64,000 bases of DNA. Origin: Raja brachyura (taxonomy: Eukaryota). A program made the translations under genes and the position numbers. Location of the stretch: assembly GCA_963514005.1 (NCBI GenBank), contig OY740800.1, positions 27,404,001-27,468,000 on the forward strand. The letters run 5' to 3'. The notes beneath the pieces were generated by a model that was not told the DNA's origin, did no database searches, and saw nothing but the letters and a program-made list of their open reading frames with translations. Shown here piece after piece: positions 62,191-64,000 of the stretch (positions within the stretch are counted from its first letter, which is position 1; each line of letters begins with the position of its first letter).

Positions 62191-64000
62191 ATGAAAAGAA
62201 TGTCTTTCAGTAACTGGTGGAAAGCCACAGGGAATGCTGTGGGACCTCGGCTATTTATAACCTGTTAATGACTTGTATAAAGCAACTGCCTACTCCAGGC
62301 AAAGTTGTTGATCATATGAAGATAAGTGGGTTAGCAAGTTATGAGAGGATACAAAGATTCTGCAAAAGGATTTAGATAGGATACGTGAGTGTGCAAGAAA
62401 TTGGCAGTATAACGTGGGAAATGTGAATAAGGGTCCCAAGCAGAAACGTCACTCCTCCCCATCCTTTTTCTCCAGAGATGCTGCCTGACCCACTGCAATT
62501 TCTCTAGTTTTTCTATTCCTCGCTCGCACTACCTTGTACTTGCGAATAGCACACAAACAAAGCTTTTCACAGTATCTTGATACACGTGATAATAAGAATC
62601 TGATACCAATACCAATTAGGAATCTGAAATCTTCTACACTAGAATTAAGGAGGTGGAGTCATTAAATAAATCCAAAGCAGGCATTTGACCCAAATGGTAC
62701 TCAAAGGTGATATAAGTAATATTGAGGTAAAAGTTTGATTGGTCATGATCTAATGAAATGGTGCAACATGCTGGAGGAACTCTAGCCTGTTCTAGCTCCC
62801 AATTCTTGTGTTCTTTAACAGCTTAATAAATCGTTGTTTCAAAGGGATGGTTGCTTACATAAAAGTGCTGGCCAAGTATTTTGTGGTTTATGATGTTGGA
62901 TTGTTGGTCTCTGGTACTGTGTAATATGAGGAGTTAGAATTTGGACAAGACAGAAGTTTTAGTTGTACCAGGTGGGACTGGAAGTGCTTGAAATAAAAAA
63001 AATATTATAAAGCTTTCAATATTTATTCTGTTGTGCTACAGCAAGTAAGAATTTCATTGCTCTGTCTGGGACAGATGACAATAAAACACTCTTGACCCTT
63101 GAATAATTTGATGTTTACTGCTGGTTAAGGTAATGCATGTCTGATTTCAATATTTTTTTTTTAAATGTATGCTTTTAAAAAGTGTTATTTCTTCATGTTC
63201 CAACTGGATCTAATTTGCACAACACCAATTCCGTTAATTAGAGGAGGCGGGCAGAGGTTACTGAACGCTAGTAATTTGTGTAAATTGAATTGAATTAAAT
63301 AAAATTGTATTTGGTTTGCATTACCGTGGATCTCATGGTACAAATAGAACTAATTGATTTTATTAATATAAAACTCTACAGTACTGCCTATTGACTAATG
63401 CAGTGCCTAATTATTGTTGGTCTGACGAGGTTAGATACTGTAGTTTAAGACAGTAAATGTCTAAGAATGCCAGCTGCTTTTCCTTCCTGTGACTCGGGTC
63501 TGGCTTTGGTAGGATAATTACGTTCATTGGTTAATGTACAATTACATTACCCATGTCTATAAATCATTTAATTATTACTACATTCAATAACTACAACTAC
63601 GGTTGCAATATGAATCGGCTCTGAAATGTAATGTATCTGCATGGCTATGACCATTGGGAATAGGAATATTTCAATAAGTCGGCTATCTTTTCAGTCAGCT
63701 GTTTCAGAATCACATTCAATGTAAAACAGTTTATATGGAACAGTGCAAGGAAGGTCCAAAATTTATTTGAGATTTTTATTTATTCCTCCTGGAAGCTGGT
63801 GTCAATGAACTGGGTTCAAATTGTAGATTGTCGTGATTTGCTTCATGTGTGGCATTCACTGTTGTCTCCGTTCCCTTCGTGTGTTTCTTAACTATGTTGG
63901 CAATACTTTGATGTTACTTCATTAAATAACTACTTTGTTGTCCAGCAAGCTGAAAAAGTATATACAGGTATCTACCTCACAAACCTGATGTGACCTGATC

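Noticed and set aside
263-62500. CRISPR-like array from recurring short repeats
   Set aside because: Copies are dispersed, in both orientations, in eukaryotic DNA, with no regular spacers.

Overview
Vertebrate, non-coding, repeat-dense genomic DNA. The tRNA-headed HE1/V-SINE-type SINEs, CR1/HER1-type LINEs, Deu-domain SINEs and Penelope-derived repeats point to a cartilaginous fish, probably a skate or ray (inference from recalled families; no database search was run). I found no host protein-coding exon, and the recognisable ORFs are transposon fragments. Bases 1-45 kb are intergenic nested mobile elements: CR1, Rex1/Babar, a Vingi/Ingi-like LINE, Penelope remnants, Harbinger MITEs, a non-autonomous Helitron and two TIR elements with unusual TSD lengths. 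A CpG-island promoter at about 45.3-46.1 kb has GC boxes, two CCAAT boxes and a GTCACGTGAC E-box. It is followed by an ATG-less first exon ending at CAG|GTATGT (45742/45743) and what looks like a long + strand intron of an unidentified gene. Top finding: a 134-bp insertion (27007-27140) with a perfect 11-bp TSD whose first 54 nt fold as a minimal, P4-less HDV-like ribozyme. Its predicted cleavage-site G is the first base of the element, and its GAA tail resembles that of the Vingi-like LINE at 41.6-43.6 kb, suggesting a ribozyme-headed SINE/LINE pair. Second finding: more than 20 copies of a short Penelope-derived repeat carrying a minimal hammerhead core, some nearly identical, and several forming palindromes that turn inside hammerhead helix II. 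Boundaries of degenerate repeats are approximate, and ribozyme activity is predicted rather than shown.
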